This document shows positions 1 to 11,840 of a DNA stretch of 64,000 bases, piece by piece; the stretch's first letter is position 1; each line of letters opens with the position of its first letter. The translations under genes were made by a program, and so were the position numbers. The DNA lies in assembly GCA_028534125.1 (NCBI GenBank), contig CM052818.1:43092001-43156000 (forward strand), in the 5' to 3' direction. Under the pieces are notes generated by a model. That model did not search any database. It had not been told where the DNA came from and worked only from the letters and a program-made list of their open reading frames with translations. Origin of the DNA: Lama glama. Taxonomy: Eukaryota.

Positions 1-600
1 GAAACAAGATATTCCAGGTTCATCTTGCATTTTCTGTTTCCCAAACCTCAAGCAGCCATGTCTTCAAGGACCTAGGTTCCTCTTAGTGGGGAAACCACTT
101 AGAAGCCAAGCGCTGAGCAGTAGTTGACCTCGTACTGAAATGCTGTTTATCTAGCCCTGCTCGGTAGAGAGAGCCGGGGGAACTCCCTCCAATTCCAATT
201 CAACCCCCAAGGGCTCTACCACACTTTCCCTCATTTCATGTTTGTATCTTCCTTTTTTCATTGAGAAAACCAGTTCTCAGCAACATCAATGTATTTCTTG
301 ATCTGTCATCCAATACATCGAAAATGATGTCAGAATGGCTTTACTCATACTGGCGTGAAGAGCCAAACTGCCAACAAGAGTTCAGGATTTGCTTATCATT
401 CCTATGTTTTACTTTTGACTGACTGCGTATAATCCAAGTACCTGATTCCAAAGATTTTTGGACGAGTCTCCCCTAACCCCAGAGTGTGGTTATGTTATTT
501 TTTTGAAGTATAACTGAATCTATTTGAGTCTGTTTGCATTTGGTTTTAGGATTTCTTTTCTCATTCTTATTAATTTAATTTTATTTCTTGAGTAGCTAAA
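1..600 (-). mobile_element. Old L1 (L1MC/L1MD-like) 3' region fragment
   Basis: 'cagccatgtcttcaaggacctaggttcctcttagtggggaaaccacttagaagccaag' resembles the antisense L1MC-type 3' UTR, followed by T-rich sequence. Boundaries approximate. Confidence 0.55.
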
Positions 601-657
601 TATTAACATGGCTCCAAAAGTAAAATATGTATATATGTAGTATGCTCAGAAAAGAAC

Positions 658-792
658 TTTTTTTTTTTTTTTTTGGAGGGGAGGTAAATAGGTTTAGTTG
701 TTTTTTATTTTTTGGAGGAGGTCCTGGGGATTGAACCCAGGACCCTGTGCATGCTAAGCATGCGCTCTACCACTTGAGCTATACCCTCTCCC
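658..792 (-). mobile_element. Camelid tRNA(Ala)-derived SINE (Vic-1 type), near full length
   Basis: Minus strand reads GGGAGAGGGTATAGCTCAAGTGGTAGAGCGCATGCTTAGCATGCACAGGGTCCTGGGTTCAATCCCCAGGACCTCC. This is a tRNA-Ala(AGC)-like head with A box and B box (GTTCAATCC), an A-rich body and a poly(A) tail (T17 at 658-674). Possible degenerate TSD agaactt/aggactt. Confidence 0.92.
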
Positions 793-942
793 TAGGACTT
801 CTGTTTTTTATTTCTTGATGCTATTCCACTCCTTCTGTGCCCCTTTTAAATAGCCAATTTTTATTAGTTTCTGTTTTATCTTCTCTCTCTCTCTTTGTGT
901 ATGAGTGTGTGTGTTGTGTTCAGTAGAAACTAAGCAGCTAAG

Positions 943-1501
943 TGTGTTGAGACAGGAAGAATTCTAAGATGGCCCCAGTGAGTCGGCCACACCTTATGTG
1001 ATCCCCTGTCCCAAGTACAGGTGGAAACTTTGACTTGAGTCTAGTCAGTAAATCATAACTTGCGTGAGGGGATAGTCACCCCTTTGATTTTGTTACATTA
1101 CATCAAACTGGAGAGAGGACGAGAGATTACCCTGCTGGCTTTGAGGAAATAGCCTACCTTATTGTAAGAAGAACTATGATAAGAGCCCCACATGGCAGGG
1201 AGCTGTGGGCCCTTTAAGTGCTGGGAACAGCCCCAGCTGACAGCCAGCAGGAAACAAGGACCTCAGTCTCACCACCACAAGGAACTGACTTCTGCCTGCA
1301 ACCACGTGAACACGGAAGTGCTGAAGGAATGAAGCCCTGATGACACTGGGTTTAAGCTTCTTAAGATCCTGAACAGATGGCCAGTTGAGCTGTGCCCAGA
1401 TTTCTGGCCCACAGAAACTATGAGATAAAAAGCAAAATGCATGTTGTCTCAAGGTGATGGATTTGTAGTAAATTTGTTGCCTAGTATAGAAAACTAATAC
1501 A
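943..1501 (+). mobile_element. MaLR solo LTR (MLT1E/F-like)
   Basis: TG...CA termini ('tgtgttgagacaggaagaattctaagatggcccc' to 'atagaaaactaataca'), MLT1-type internal motifs, and a 5-bp TSD matching 4/5 (ctaag 938-942 / caaag 1502-1506). Confidence 0.88.
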
Positions 1502-3449
1502 CAAAGTTTCCTTATTTCACATAGTTCTGTACAGAAAAGAAAATATTCTATGTGCATCTTGGAAATCTCCTTACCTCTTAATTCATGGGGATTTTTTTTC
1601 CAATCAAATTCACAGCTGCTTAACACTCCATTATTGTTTCGAACCATATTTCAATGTCTGGGCAGTCGGGTAATTTCTACTATTTTGCAGTTACGAATAA
1701 CGAGAGTTTAACTTTTTAGAAATGTGAAAAATATGTTCTTCTAATAAGGTAGGCAGATTTGTCATTATTGATATGGCTGTAATGTTTGGTCTCAGATCTA
1801 TCACAAATATTTTATTTTGTAATTTATTTATTTGTCTTCTTTGTGACAGGAGTCATCTTCCATTTTTAAAAAAAGTAGTCATTCATTTCTTCCATTTTTA
1901 AAAAAAAGTTTAGGTTTTCGTTCTAATGGTTCCTCTATATTCATGCCTTTCCTAAGTGCCCTTGATCCCATTTTTCTTATCTAGTTTGTCAGTTTTAAAT
2001 GATACTCTGGTTCCCCTTATTACTTATAATAAGTGATTTTATTTTGCTTTCCCCCTTTTTCGCTTCCTTTCCCCACTTTTCAAGTCACATCCTTTTCTGC
2101 TTTTTTAGTACATGTAACATTTTTAAGCTATTTGTGCTTACATGGGTCTTCTTAGATCTATAATTAAATATATTATATCTTTATTACTTAGTGTTGATGA
2201 AGGTGTGTCATATGCCATTTTATTTGTTCTTGTTAATCCCATGCGGAATTTTTTTTGGTGGGGTGGAGTCATATATGTGGAAAGATTTGAAATAGGTAGC
2301 CATCAATATCCTTGAGCATCCAGCCTCCTTTTCTGGTTTTTGCATTTTCAATTTTAAAAAAAATTGTGAGATTTGGGGTTGGAGAGAAAGCACATGCATA
2401 TTCTCATTCTGCCAACCTTATACCATTCCTATGGCTTTTAGTTGACCCACAGCAGCTAGTTACTGGGTGAACTTACATATTCTGTTCTGGCTTCTCCACC
2501 AAATGATGAAACCACCCTGTTTCAGTGTTTTAGCCCATCAGCCAGTGTCCCTGCTCATTCAGTCGTAGCCTCGGTGAAACTTCAAGAGAGCTTTGGTGAA
2601 AATTATTCTGACATGATTTGAGAAATTGGAAGGCACAATGCAATGAAGTGCATTGTTACTTCTTCTCCACAACTTCCATAAACAGCCCACAGCTCCAGGT
2701 CTCCTGTAGACAGCTCACCCAGAATGGAGGATGGGGTGTCTCAGAAAAGTCCCCTGTGGGAAGGTGAGAGATCCGTGGGAGTTCTCCAAGTAAAAAGGAA
2801 TGGAGAAAAAAGTGTAAGGCAATGGAAACAGGGTACAAAAAGCTACATGGGGCTGGAGTTGTGGTGAAGTAAAGGCCCAAGGAATTCCACAAGGGCTGGA
2901 ACACAGCATTGTTGGGTAGAGGGTGGTGGGAGGGGGGTGGAGAAAGAGGCCAGAATAACCACACCTTCTCTACACCCCTGCTTTAGCTCGCTAGTGCTAT
3001 CTCTTGTGAGGGAATCAACTCTTTAATTAACTAAACATAACATGTTTTGAGGGGAGGTCTCAGGGTCACTACTGTAGGTCAGGGTATGGATCCCACCTCT
3101 CTTCACCTTGACGTGTCCCCGAGAACTTCATGTTTACACATTAAGGAAGCGATTCTCCCACGTGAATTTGTCCTCATCTTCCCTGTGTCCTCGCATCATT
3201 CTTGGACTTCTTTCCCCATAGAGTCATCTGGTTTAGTATTCTCTGTTGATATCATGAGCAGTTTTCATGCTGGGATTGCCAGGTCTGAAATGGTTTTCCT
3301 TCTCCAGCTGTATAGAGGAGCTATAAAGTGTAAAGTAGTTCTCAGGGAAGCCCAAACATAAGGTGTCTTCAGAGCTCCAAGAGACTCCTGAAAGAACCTT
3401 TATGGATTTGGGCATTTCTTTATATGGCATGTCTTACTCTTGCAAACTT

Positions 3450-3555
3450 TATATATATATAATATATAATTTATATAACATATATAATAATATATAACTT
3501 ATATATACATTTATATATAATATATGTTTATATATAGAATAGAGAGAGAGAGAGA
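3450..3555. repeat. Degenerate (TA)n low-complexity tract plus (AG)n
   Basis: Directly visible AT-only dinucleotide tract followed by agagagag. Confidence 0.9.
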
Positions 3556-3582
3556 ATGTTTCTTTTTACATAATCCCATGCA

Positions 3583-4103
3583 GTATATTAACTTGCCTTC
3601 AATGTTTTTGTAATTCCCAAAGCATTAGACAAACCTTGCCTCTCACTGCAGAACTTGAAAACTCTAGAGTTACCTCCTCAGCCTTTTTTGTAGCTTTACT
3701 TGCAACTCTGATATATGACCCAGACTGTGCCAAACAGATTTGACTGACCCAGATTTTGAATCACCAGCTATGGATGCAAAGAACTAGACTCGAAAGCATC
3801 TGTTTCAGTAAGGATGGGAGCAGTTGCCATGCATCCAATTTCCAGGGATGGTAAATGGCGGTGATTCCAGAGGGACCTGCCTGGAGTCCACTGGGCAGAA
3901 TTGCCGGTGTGAGCTAGGTCTCACCAGCCCACCAGGGGACCAGCAGTGCTTGCAGTGGACCAGTTCTGTGACATGATTTTGGGTATTGCCCCTGATTATT
4001 TACCTCAAAATAGGGCTTTTGACAATAGAGCTTCTCAATCCCTTTTGCATAAGTTTGTCCTATTTAGCTTCTGCTGCTTTCAACTAAGAACCTTGATTAA
4101 TCT
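3583..4103 (+). mobile_element. Old ERVL LTR (LTR33/LTR41-like), degraded
   Basis: 3' end 'ttctgctgctttcaactaagaaccttgattaat' and internal 'ttgcaactctgatatatgacccagactgtgccaaacaga' resemble LTR33-class consensus. Confidence 0.4.
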
Positions 4104-5486
4104 ATTGGATGGGTCCCTTTGTCTCTTTGAGACTCTGTTTCCCTCTCTGTGAAATTGCCTGGTTTGTCTACATATTTCAATACATCCACCTAACATAATA
4201 TGAGGATTTATCAAAGACTTTTTAAGCTGAAAATGAAAGAAATAAGAATAAGATTTCTTTGAGGTAGAGTTAACAAACCACAGAATGGCTCATTTCAACG
4301 TCTCAGGAACCATTTCACACTCATTGGTTATTACTCAGTACCAAAGTGATTAATGACCTGGCAATGAACTTCTCACTCATGTAGTGAACTCTTGCTTATG
4401 TAAGAAGTGTGTTGATCACAGAAGGAAGGCATTTATGTTTTCTAAAAGTACTGGATTGTATTTCTTTAAAGGGGCTTTAGTTTTTTAAAGGAGTGTGCAA
4501 TTTGCCATTGTGCACTTTCTATGGGAATTGCAATATCCAGACTGAAGAGATAATAAAAGGACCCAAGATGTTGTCTGGGAAGGGAAAGAGCTCCAGGGGG
4601 TAAAGGACTGATAGTCAGAACATATAACTTGAACGTTCAATTATTTTCCAAGGAAAGGAGAATCGAGATTTTTTTTAAAGAAAAAAATGAAGACTTTTAT
4701 AAGACCATCAGTTCTTTCAGGAAAAATATTTCAAAGTATTTGACATCCATAAACCTTTACAGGCCGTGTGAGATATTTTTCAGGTTGCCAGAACATAAAT
4801 ATATTTCATGGACATAGATTGTATAATGCATAAAACGTGTCGTTGTTTTGAAAACTTGCAGATTTAGGAGAAACAAATTAGTTCATGCAGGTTTCCCCAA
4901 TAAAAACTCTGTGAAGGCTGGGAGGGACTGAATGTTCTTTTTATAACAACATGAAATTTAAAAGGTTAATTCCCCTTGGGTGATTTTAAGATGTTTCACT
5001 ACAAGATAAAACAAAAAAGGCAAAAAAGCACATTGTTCCAATCACCTGAAAAATCGCTCGGACATTTTTATGATGGGCTGGCTTGATGTTAAAACGTCCA
5101 AGTTCTCTCTTACTAACCTGAAAATGTTGATAAGAAATGAGTGCATTTTCCCATCCATTCCCTTAAACATTCACCAGGATGATGAATACACGTGAATTTT
5201 CTGGTGTTAGTGACTGATGGGCCCTTCTGTAGATTTGTTGTTGGTCTGGATAGTGTTTTATCTCTGACTGAAAGCCCCTTAAAGCCAAGGACTATGCTTT
5301 CCTCCTGTTTTCAATGGTGGTACTGAGCACCACTGGTCTTCATCAGCTATTTGATGATGTCCTCAGTGTACTTTTTAAACATATTTGCATTTGAAGTCTA
5401 TGAAACACAAGCATTTGTAACAAATTATATGGAACTGGAAATTAATTAGCCAGCTTTTGGTATGCAGAACGATGTTTTATAAATTC

Positions 5487-5975
5487 ACCCATTTACTCAA
5501 CATTATATTCCACTGTAATTTACTGAGTACCTACCAGGCAGGGTGGTAGGCGCTGAGATACAGTGGTGAGCAAACAAATCTTGTCCCTAATCTCATGTCT
5601 CGTGAAAGACATATATAATCACAAATTACCCCAAAGCAGGTAAAATGGGAACTGTGTTAATACTGAGAAAACATGGAAAAATAAAATGGTAGAGAGTGTT
5701 GAAGACATTTTCTGTGCCCAGTCAGCCTTATATTACCAAAGACAGTCAATCGGCAGGCAAATATTCCTTCATTAAATGCTAGTTTAATTATTTCCATCTT
5801 TTGTCAGGACCTACTGTCAGAATTTATAGTAGAGAGGTTAACCTGGTTAGAGGGATCAGGGACAACTCCTCTGAGGAGTAACTTTTGAGCTGAGAGCTAA
5901 GGAATGAATCTACAAATACTAAGAAAATAGCAGAAGGACAAGTGCTTGAGGCACATGTGTGACTTATGTAAATAT
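5487..5975 (-). mobile_element. L2 fragments
   Basis: 'tttactgagtacctaccaggcagg...gctgagatacagtggtgagcaaaca' and 'ctctgaggagtaacttttgagctgagagct' are typical antisense L2 3' sequences. Confidence 0.6.
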
Positions 5976-6439
5976 GCAGCCTGACTCATGGTGACATGAT
6001 GCTGGTTGCAAATGGCCCTAACTTGCTACCCACATGGAGCACTCCATCCCCTCCCAAGATCCAGTGACTCTGCATCCATTCTACACTTTCAGTATCCAGC
6101 TCTTCTATATAAATTTTAAGAGACTAAGATGGAAACAGTGCCCAGGTAAATGGAGAGAGATAAGAAAATTTCACTCACCGTGTTCTTGGGGAAAGAGATG
6201 GCTCAGAAAGTGCAGTCCCTTCCGCAATGAATAATAGGCAGAGATGATTCATCTACAGGAGGGTATCACACATGCCACTGCCCACAATAAAGGAAGACCA
6301 AATTCATAATGAAGATGAAAACTGAAGTTCTTAAAAAAAAAGATAATCAAAGAAACAAAATTTTCAACAGATACTGAACCGAACTCTCAAAGAAATTAAA
6401 ACAAATATGAATTGAAAACAATTATTGGAGAATGAATAG

Positions 6440-6847
6440 TGATGGACTCAGAACCGTGCCACCAGTTCTCTTCCAGGAAGGACTTGCTGCAGAGCCGGCG
6501 GGAGTGCTGACAGCAAAGAGCCGACAGCCCGGGACTCCCCCCGGCTGCAGGGAGCCCACTTCACTCTAGTTCAAATCCTCCCTAGGGTGGCCACGTCCAC
6601 TGACCAACCAAAGTAGGGTTATGAAGGCCTGGCTGTTTCAGCCTCACAGAGGACATCACTAATAGCTCATTGCAGCTCCAGAACTCCCCTTGAGATTGGC
6701 TGATACCGAATTTGATCTCTCCCTCTGCCCAATCCTGATTTATTCCTCTGCCCTTCCAACATGTGGATCCCAAGAGCACTTCCTAATAAACATCCTTCAC
6801 ACTAACCTTCACCTCAGACTGCTTTCCAAGGAATCCAACCTGAGACA
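6440..6847 (+). mobile_element. ERVL solo LTR (LTR16A-like)
   Basis: 3' end 'cccaagagcacttcctaataaacatccttcacactaaccttcacctcagactgctttccaaggaatccaacctgagaca' with AATAAA is characteristic of LTR16; GC-richer than flanks. Confidence 0.8.
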
Positions 6848-7195
6848 AAATGCAAGCTATCCCATCGGAGATCCTAAATTAAGAGCATGAGATTGAAGTG
6901 GAAAACAGCAACACTAAGGAAAGAAATGAAAACAGATCATGCTATTGTATTTAAAACCACATCAAACGCAGCAATGTATAGAGCCGAACTGCAGAAAACA
7001 GAGTCAGTTATATGAAGAGCAAGACGGAAGAAAACTTACAAAATACAGTTGAAATGGGCCAAGAAGAAAACAATGAAAGATGAGATGAACTGTATGGAAG
7101 TTAGGCGCTTGCAGGAAGATTGGGGTTATTCAATAAAATAGCCCAAATCATTATGGAATAGAAACATATAAAATAATTTTTTCTGAAATAGAGAA

Positions 7196-7196
<1 letters not shown>

Positions 7197-7238
<42 letters not shown>
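7197..7238. repeat. (TA)21 microsatellite
   Basis: Perfect TA run read directly. Confidence 0.97.
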
Positions 7239-7241
<3 letters not shown>

Positions 7242-7254
7242 CAGCATGTACCAT

Positions 7255-7690
7255 GTTGCCTTCATTTAAGACAAAAATTTGGGTGCACATATTTTATTGG
7301 AGAGTTGATCTCAAGGGATGAGGGAAGATGAGGCAAAAGTGGGACACTAAAAGAGGAAAAGCCAGTAAAGGGTGTGTTAATGAGCTGGTTTTTACTGTGG
7401 ACCCCTGGGTCAGAGACGTAAGGTGTAACAAATCTCCAAATAATCCTACCAGAAAACAGAGACTGGGGTGCATAGCTACTGACTCCCCCCACTTCAGTGT
7501 TGAGGCTGTCGAGGTGGCATCCACCCTGCCTGCTACAATGGTGGGCAGCCATGAAAGGTCTGGGCAGTAGGGAAAGACTTCAGGAAGGGGAGAGGAAGCA
7601 AATTCCAGATTTTGAGGTGGGAAACTACAAACGAGGAACTGTCTGGACCTCGGGATAAACTCAGATGGACCAAGGGGATATTGGGCAAGG
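7255..7690 (-). mobile_element. ERVL solo LTR (LTR16C/LTR33-class), antisense
   Basis: 'tttgggtgcacatattttattggagagttgatctcaaggg...gccagtaaagggtgtgttaatgagctggtt' matches the reverse-complemented LTR16-type 3' end (AATAAA on minus). Confidence 0.65.
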
Positions 7691-8399
7691 TATCATTGGC
7701 TTTTGAAAAGAGAATGAAAAATGATCAAGATTGAGACAATGAGGTGAGATGATTGAAATTCAAGGATGAGTGAAAATTGCATGACCACACTGAGGAAAAA
7801 TGTCACCACAGAGAGGGTAAACAGACCTCTATTTGCACATTAGATGACAGAAGACGAAGGGACGATGTATGCAGAGTGTTGTAGGACAAAAAAATATGTC
7901 CAGCCAGTAGAATAGCGGACAAAATCAACCTACTCAAACCAAATAGCACTCACTGATGTGGAACCTGTGGTGTCAGAAGACTCCCAGTGATCAGTGAGTC
8001 CAACTTACTCATGGCACTTCATCCTGTCTACCCTGCACAGTGAAGACACACGGTAGATACTCGTTGAATGAATTAACATGAGAGTGAAGACATCTCATGT
8101 GAACTAACAAAGGTAATCGTACATACAAAGAAAAGGTAGTTCCAATAATTCTGTTCAGAAAAATATTTTAAGTAGTCTACAAAAATAGTATATCCTCCGA
8201 TGAAAGAAGGAATCATTCTACACAAGGGCATGTGGTTAGAAAGCAAAGCCCTCCTCTGTTTGGTCCCCTGAGCATAATTGCTACATGATGTTTCACTTGC
8301 CTGTTTCTACACACGTGTGGAATCACTTACGCAAACGTGTGTATGTGTGTGCGTGTGTGCACATATGAGAAGGAGGTTGGTATGTCTTCAATCCTTGAA

Positions 8400-9200
8400 A
8401 TCCCAATTAGATAAAACATAAGCGAGACTGCAGCAGGAATAAATTATGAAATTTGGAAGTTAGATTTAATAGATACATTAAATTAAATTCAGATAAGCAC
8501 TAATATATAAATACAAAAATGCTACCGAACTAAAAAGCAGCTTATAAACTCTGATGTCAAAGAGGAAATTAAAACTGCCATAGAGCAATATCTAGATAAC
8601 ACCAATAATAAAAGCACTCTCAATCCTGTAAGGTGGAGCTGAAGCTATCTTCAGAGGAAAAATGTAGAACAGAAAATATCAATTTAGTAAGAATTAATGC
8701 ACATAAATGAATGGGACCTTCAATTTTATAGGAGAATAAAAAGGACTTTGTATGGAAAACAAAGTGAGAAAATCAATAAAGATAAAGGCATAAATTAATG
8801 TCTTATGGAATGACGAAGTAGTAGATTGATAAATAAATCCTGTAATTACTGAAACAAACACACAGCAAGTAATGAAAGGGGAGAGCAAAAAATACATAAA
8901 AGAATTAAATGAGAAAATAACCACAGATACAGAGAAAATCAACGGAAATGTAAAGATTGTATATGATGCACAATCTTCTACAAAAATACAACAATCAAAA
9001 TTAGCTATTGCTTCCCAAAAAGCAAAGAAGCAAACATAACGTATAAGCAGTGCCAGATATGTTCAGAGGTATATTTCTTTAAGAGGCAAGTGATTTTAAT
9101 GGCACTTAAACTACTGCAGAGCATTCTCTACAAATTTGCAAAGGTGTGAGTTATAAGCAGGTTCACTGCAGATGTATTTTAATAGCAAAAATATAAACAC
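8400..9200 (+). mobile_element. Old L1 ORF2 fragment (L1M/L1ME)
   Basis: 'gtcaaagaggaaattaaaac...ggagctgaagctatcttcagaggaaaaatgtag' resembles L1 ORF2 sequence downstream of the endonuclease domain; strongly A-rich. Confidence 0.6.
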
Positions 9201-9289
9201 TATGTAGCGTTCCTTTGAAAAGACATGGATAAATAAAGTAAGAACCATCTACACAGTGGACGCAAGCGGGCTCAGGAAGTTGGGACATG

Positions 9290-9560
9290 AGTCCAAAATG
9301 GTACAACAAGGAAAATTTCCCTGGAGAAAATGACATAGTGATGCATGAGCTGTGTGTCCAAAGGATGAATAGGAGTTTGTCACGTGAAGAATGGGTCAGT
9401 GTAGGCATTTTAGGGAAGAAACAACATGCATGCAATTGTGTACGCATGATCCAAGCAAGACTGATTCAGAAAACCTATATGTAGGTTGAGTCTGAGACAA
9501 GAGATGCAGGCAAAGGAATGGACCAGGAAGGTAGAAGACTTGGTTCCGAACTTCACGATC
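9290..9560 (-). mobile_element. L2 fragment
   Basis: 'aaggatgaataggagtttgtcacgtgaag...ggcattttagggaagaaacaacatgcatgcaa' is L2-like. Confidence 0.45.
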
Positions 9561-10394
9561 ATAATTAAAGTTTGATTAATCCAGTACTATAAAAGAAGCT
9601 GCATTGTGGAATGCATTATATTCAGTTTACACACTAGATAGACTTATAAAATATGTACATATGCACGTTTATTGCAAACTTTAATTCCCTAACCCTAGAA
9701 ACTGGCTATCTCATTAGTCAAGTGATGCTATTGGAAAACTATCTTTCCTTTTATTACCGTGGCTATTCGATGTTACTGTTTCAATTATGGATCCAGTTCT
9801 GGTCCTTGCCCATGCCACTATGTTTTAGAATTGCTATTTCTTTGGATAGGACTGGAAAATTACTGTAAAATTTCACATTCCTTCTGTTTAGACTTAACAG
9901 TCTCATACCTGTTCAAGCCTTTATTATTTATTTTTCTATGTACATCTTTACACGGAACTTTATGAAAGTTAAAGAAGGCTCAATCTTTTTTAAATGCTTA
10001 TTTTTCAAGGCAGTAAGGTGTCCCATTGTACTAGCACTGGGAGTGGTTATATAAACTGCCTTGGAGTTTAGCCCTCGGAAAAAAGTGTTCCTAGGTTAAG
10101 TTCTATCTGAAAAGTCTTCCTTATCATTCAAGAGTAATCAGTTCCTTCCCTTCCCATGTGCACTGTCAAAGCAACAGTCCCCTATGAACCTCCTCCACTC
10201 TTACTTTGCCTTTCTGCCCGTACCACCCTGTTACAAGCCTCTGTGGTTTTCCTGCTGTAGTTTCCAGCTCAGGTCTGGACAGTGGCAGGGACTGGAAATC
10301 AGACTCATACCAGGAGGCATCTCACAGAATACGTTCTATCCAGACTCACTGTCCACCAACCATTCTCCAAGAAAGGAACTAGAGTCAGTCTTCT

Positions 10395-10690
10395 TGTTCA
10401 TTAATTATTCAACAGATATTAATTAAAAGCTATTATTCATCAAGCATTGAGATGGGTACCGGTGATACAGAAGAGAACAAGATCGAGTTGTTGCTATTAG
10501 TGATCTCACGTAAGTAACAAAATTAAACAGAAAAAAGGTAACAGACCTCAATGAGTGCAATAAAAGTTTTATGGCAACAGGGAGAAGGGGAGCTTGTACA
10601 AGGTGGGGTGAGACTGGGAAAAGGAAGGCTTTCTTGGATGGGTCACATATGGGTTCTATCTTGAGCCAGAAAATGATTTAGCCAGAAGAA
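10395..10690 (-). mobile_element. L2 3' fragment
   Basis: 'ttcattaattattcaacagatattaattaaaagctatt...ggtgatacagaagagaacaaga' matches an L2 tail. Confidence 0.55.
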
Positions 10691-11402
10691 AATGATATGT
10701 GTGTGTGTGTGTTGAGTTGATAGATAGGTACAAGTCATGGGGAAAGTGGTGAAAAGACAGCTCGGAACTTTTTGTACCAAAGATTAATGGGAGGAAGAGG
10801 TAATTTTACTATCTGAATTACAAGGCATTAGTTGAGTTTGTTGAATTAACTTAAGCCTTCAAATTTCCTAAAATCAGATTTTTACATTTTAAGCAATTCA
10901 GAAGCAATTCATACATAGTAACAGAGCAGAAAAACAAAGACTGTGCCTTAGAAATGCTTTTTTTCCCCTTCTGTTTTTTTTCACAAAGCCATTGAAATGA
11001 TCAACTTCTGCTACCTTTAAAACAGTTTAGATAGAAGAAGCTTGTCGGCATGTAGAAAAGAGATGAAAGTAAATATTTATTGGCACAATTCATTTTCTCT
11101 TAAGCTTTCAGCCATGCTTTGGATCAAATAGAGCTGAAAGACTTCAAGGATCAAAGGGCTAACTATCATGAAGTGGCCAGATAAATCTCAGAGCCATCTT
11201 TCCTTTTAGGAATATATTAAGAGTGTCTTTGGTGACCTATAGAAAATGATTTTATGCTCTTGCTCTCAGTTTGAAATAAACTTCTCCTAGCACACAAGAG
11301 ACATTCATAATTTGCTTAAGGCCTTCCTTGTGCTGCCAGAAAAAAAATAGAACCCAGCAAACTGCAGAGGAAAGAGTATTCTTAAATGCCTGCACTTTGG
11401 AG

Positions 11403-11685
11403 TCATTTATTCATTTGTTTATTAATTAATTCAACACTTTGTTTTGTGCATGTCTTGCCACTGTGCACGGAGCTGCAGACACAGTTGGACCAGACAGGCT
11501 TGATTCCTGTGTCTGGAATTTGCTGGGGAGACATACAACAGTGAGAAACCCGTGGACAAATACAGATTCTATTAAATGCTACGAAGCAAGTAAATGGAGT
11601 GATTTGATATGGAGTAAACTAGGGGTGCCACACTGGGGTGTAAGGGAGAGCCTCTTTTAAAACGACATGTAATCTAAGACTTGAA
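11403..11685 (-). mobile_element. L2 3' fragment
   Basis: Degenerate (cattt/attc)n tail followed by L2-like body. Confidence 0.55.
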
Positions 11686-11689
11686 ATCT

Positions 11690-11840
11690 TGCTTTCTTTA
11701 AATCTCAGTTTATAAATACACAAAATGGGATTTAAAAAAGACTGCATCTGATAGGACTGTTGAAAGCATCAAACGAGATGATGAACGTAAAGAGCCAACT
11801 TAGCACCTGACAGTTAGTTCTCAGTAAATGTTATTATTAT
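11690..11840 (+). mobile_element. MIR SINE fragment
   Basis: 'tctcagttt...aaaatggg...cttagcacctgacagttagttctcagtaaatgtt' MIR core and tail. Confidence 0.6.

Larger units (their letters stand above)
6230..7900 (+). mobile_element. Very old L1 (ORF1-region-like) remnant interrupted by two LTRs and (TA)n
   Basis: A-rich purine-biased segments at about 6230-6435, 6850-7190 and 7700-7900, collinear with the ORF2-like piece downstream. Confidence 0.35.

Noticed and set aside
716..792. Apparent tRNA-Ala(AGC) gene
   Set aside because: It is the head of a SINE with body and poly(A) tail, not a standalone tRNA gene.
1174..1647. 157-aa minus-strand ORF
   Set aside because: Mostly antisense to an MLT1 LTR; typical repeat-derived spurious ORF.
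1851..1909. Short tandem duplication of tcttccatttttaaaaaaagt
   Set aside because: Ordinary local slippage duplication with no functional signal.
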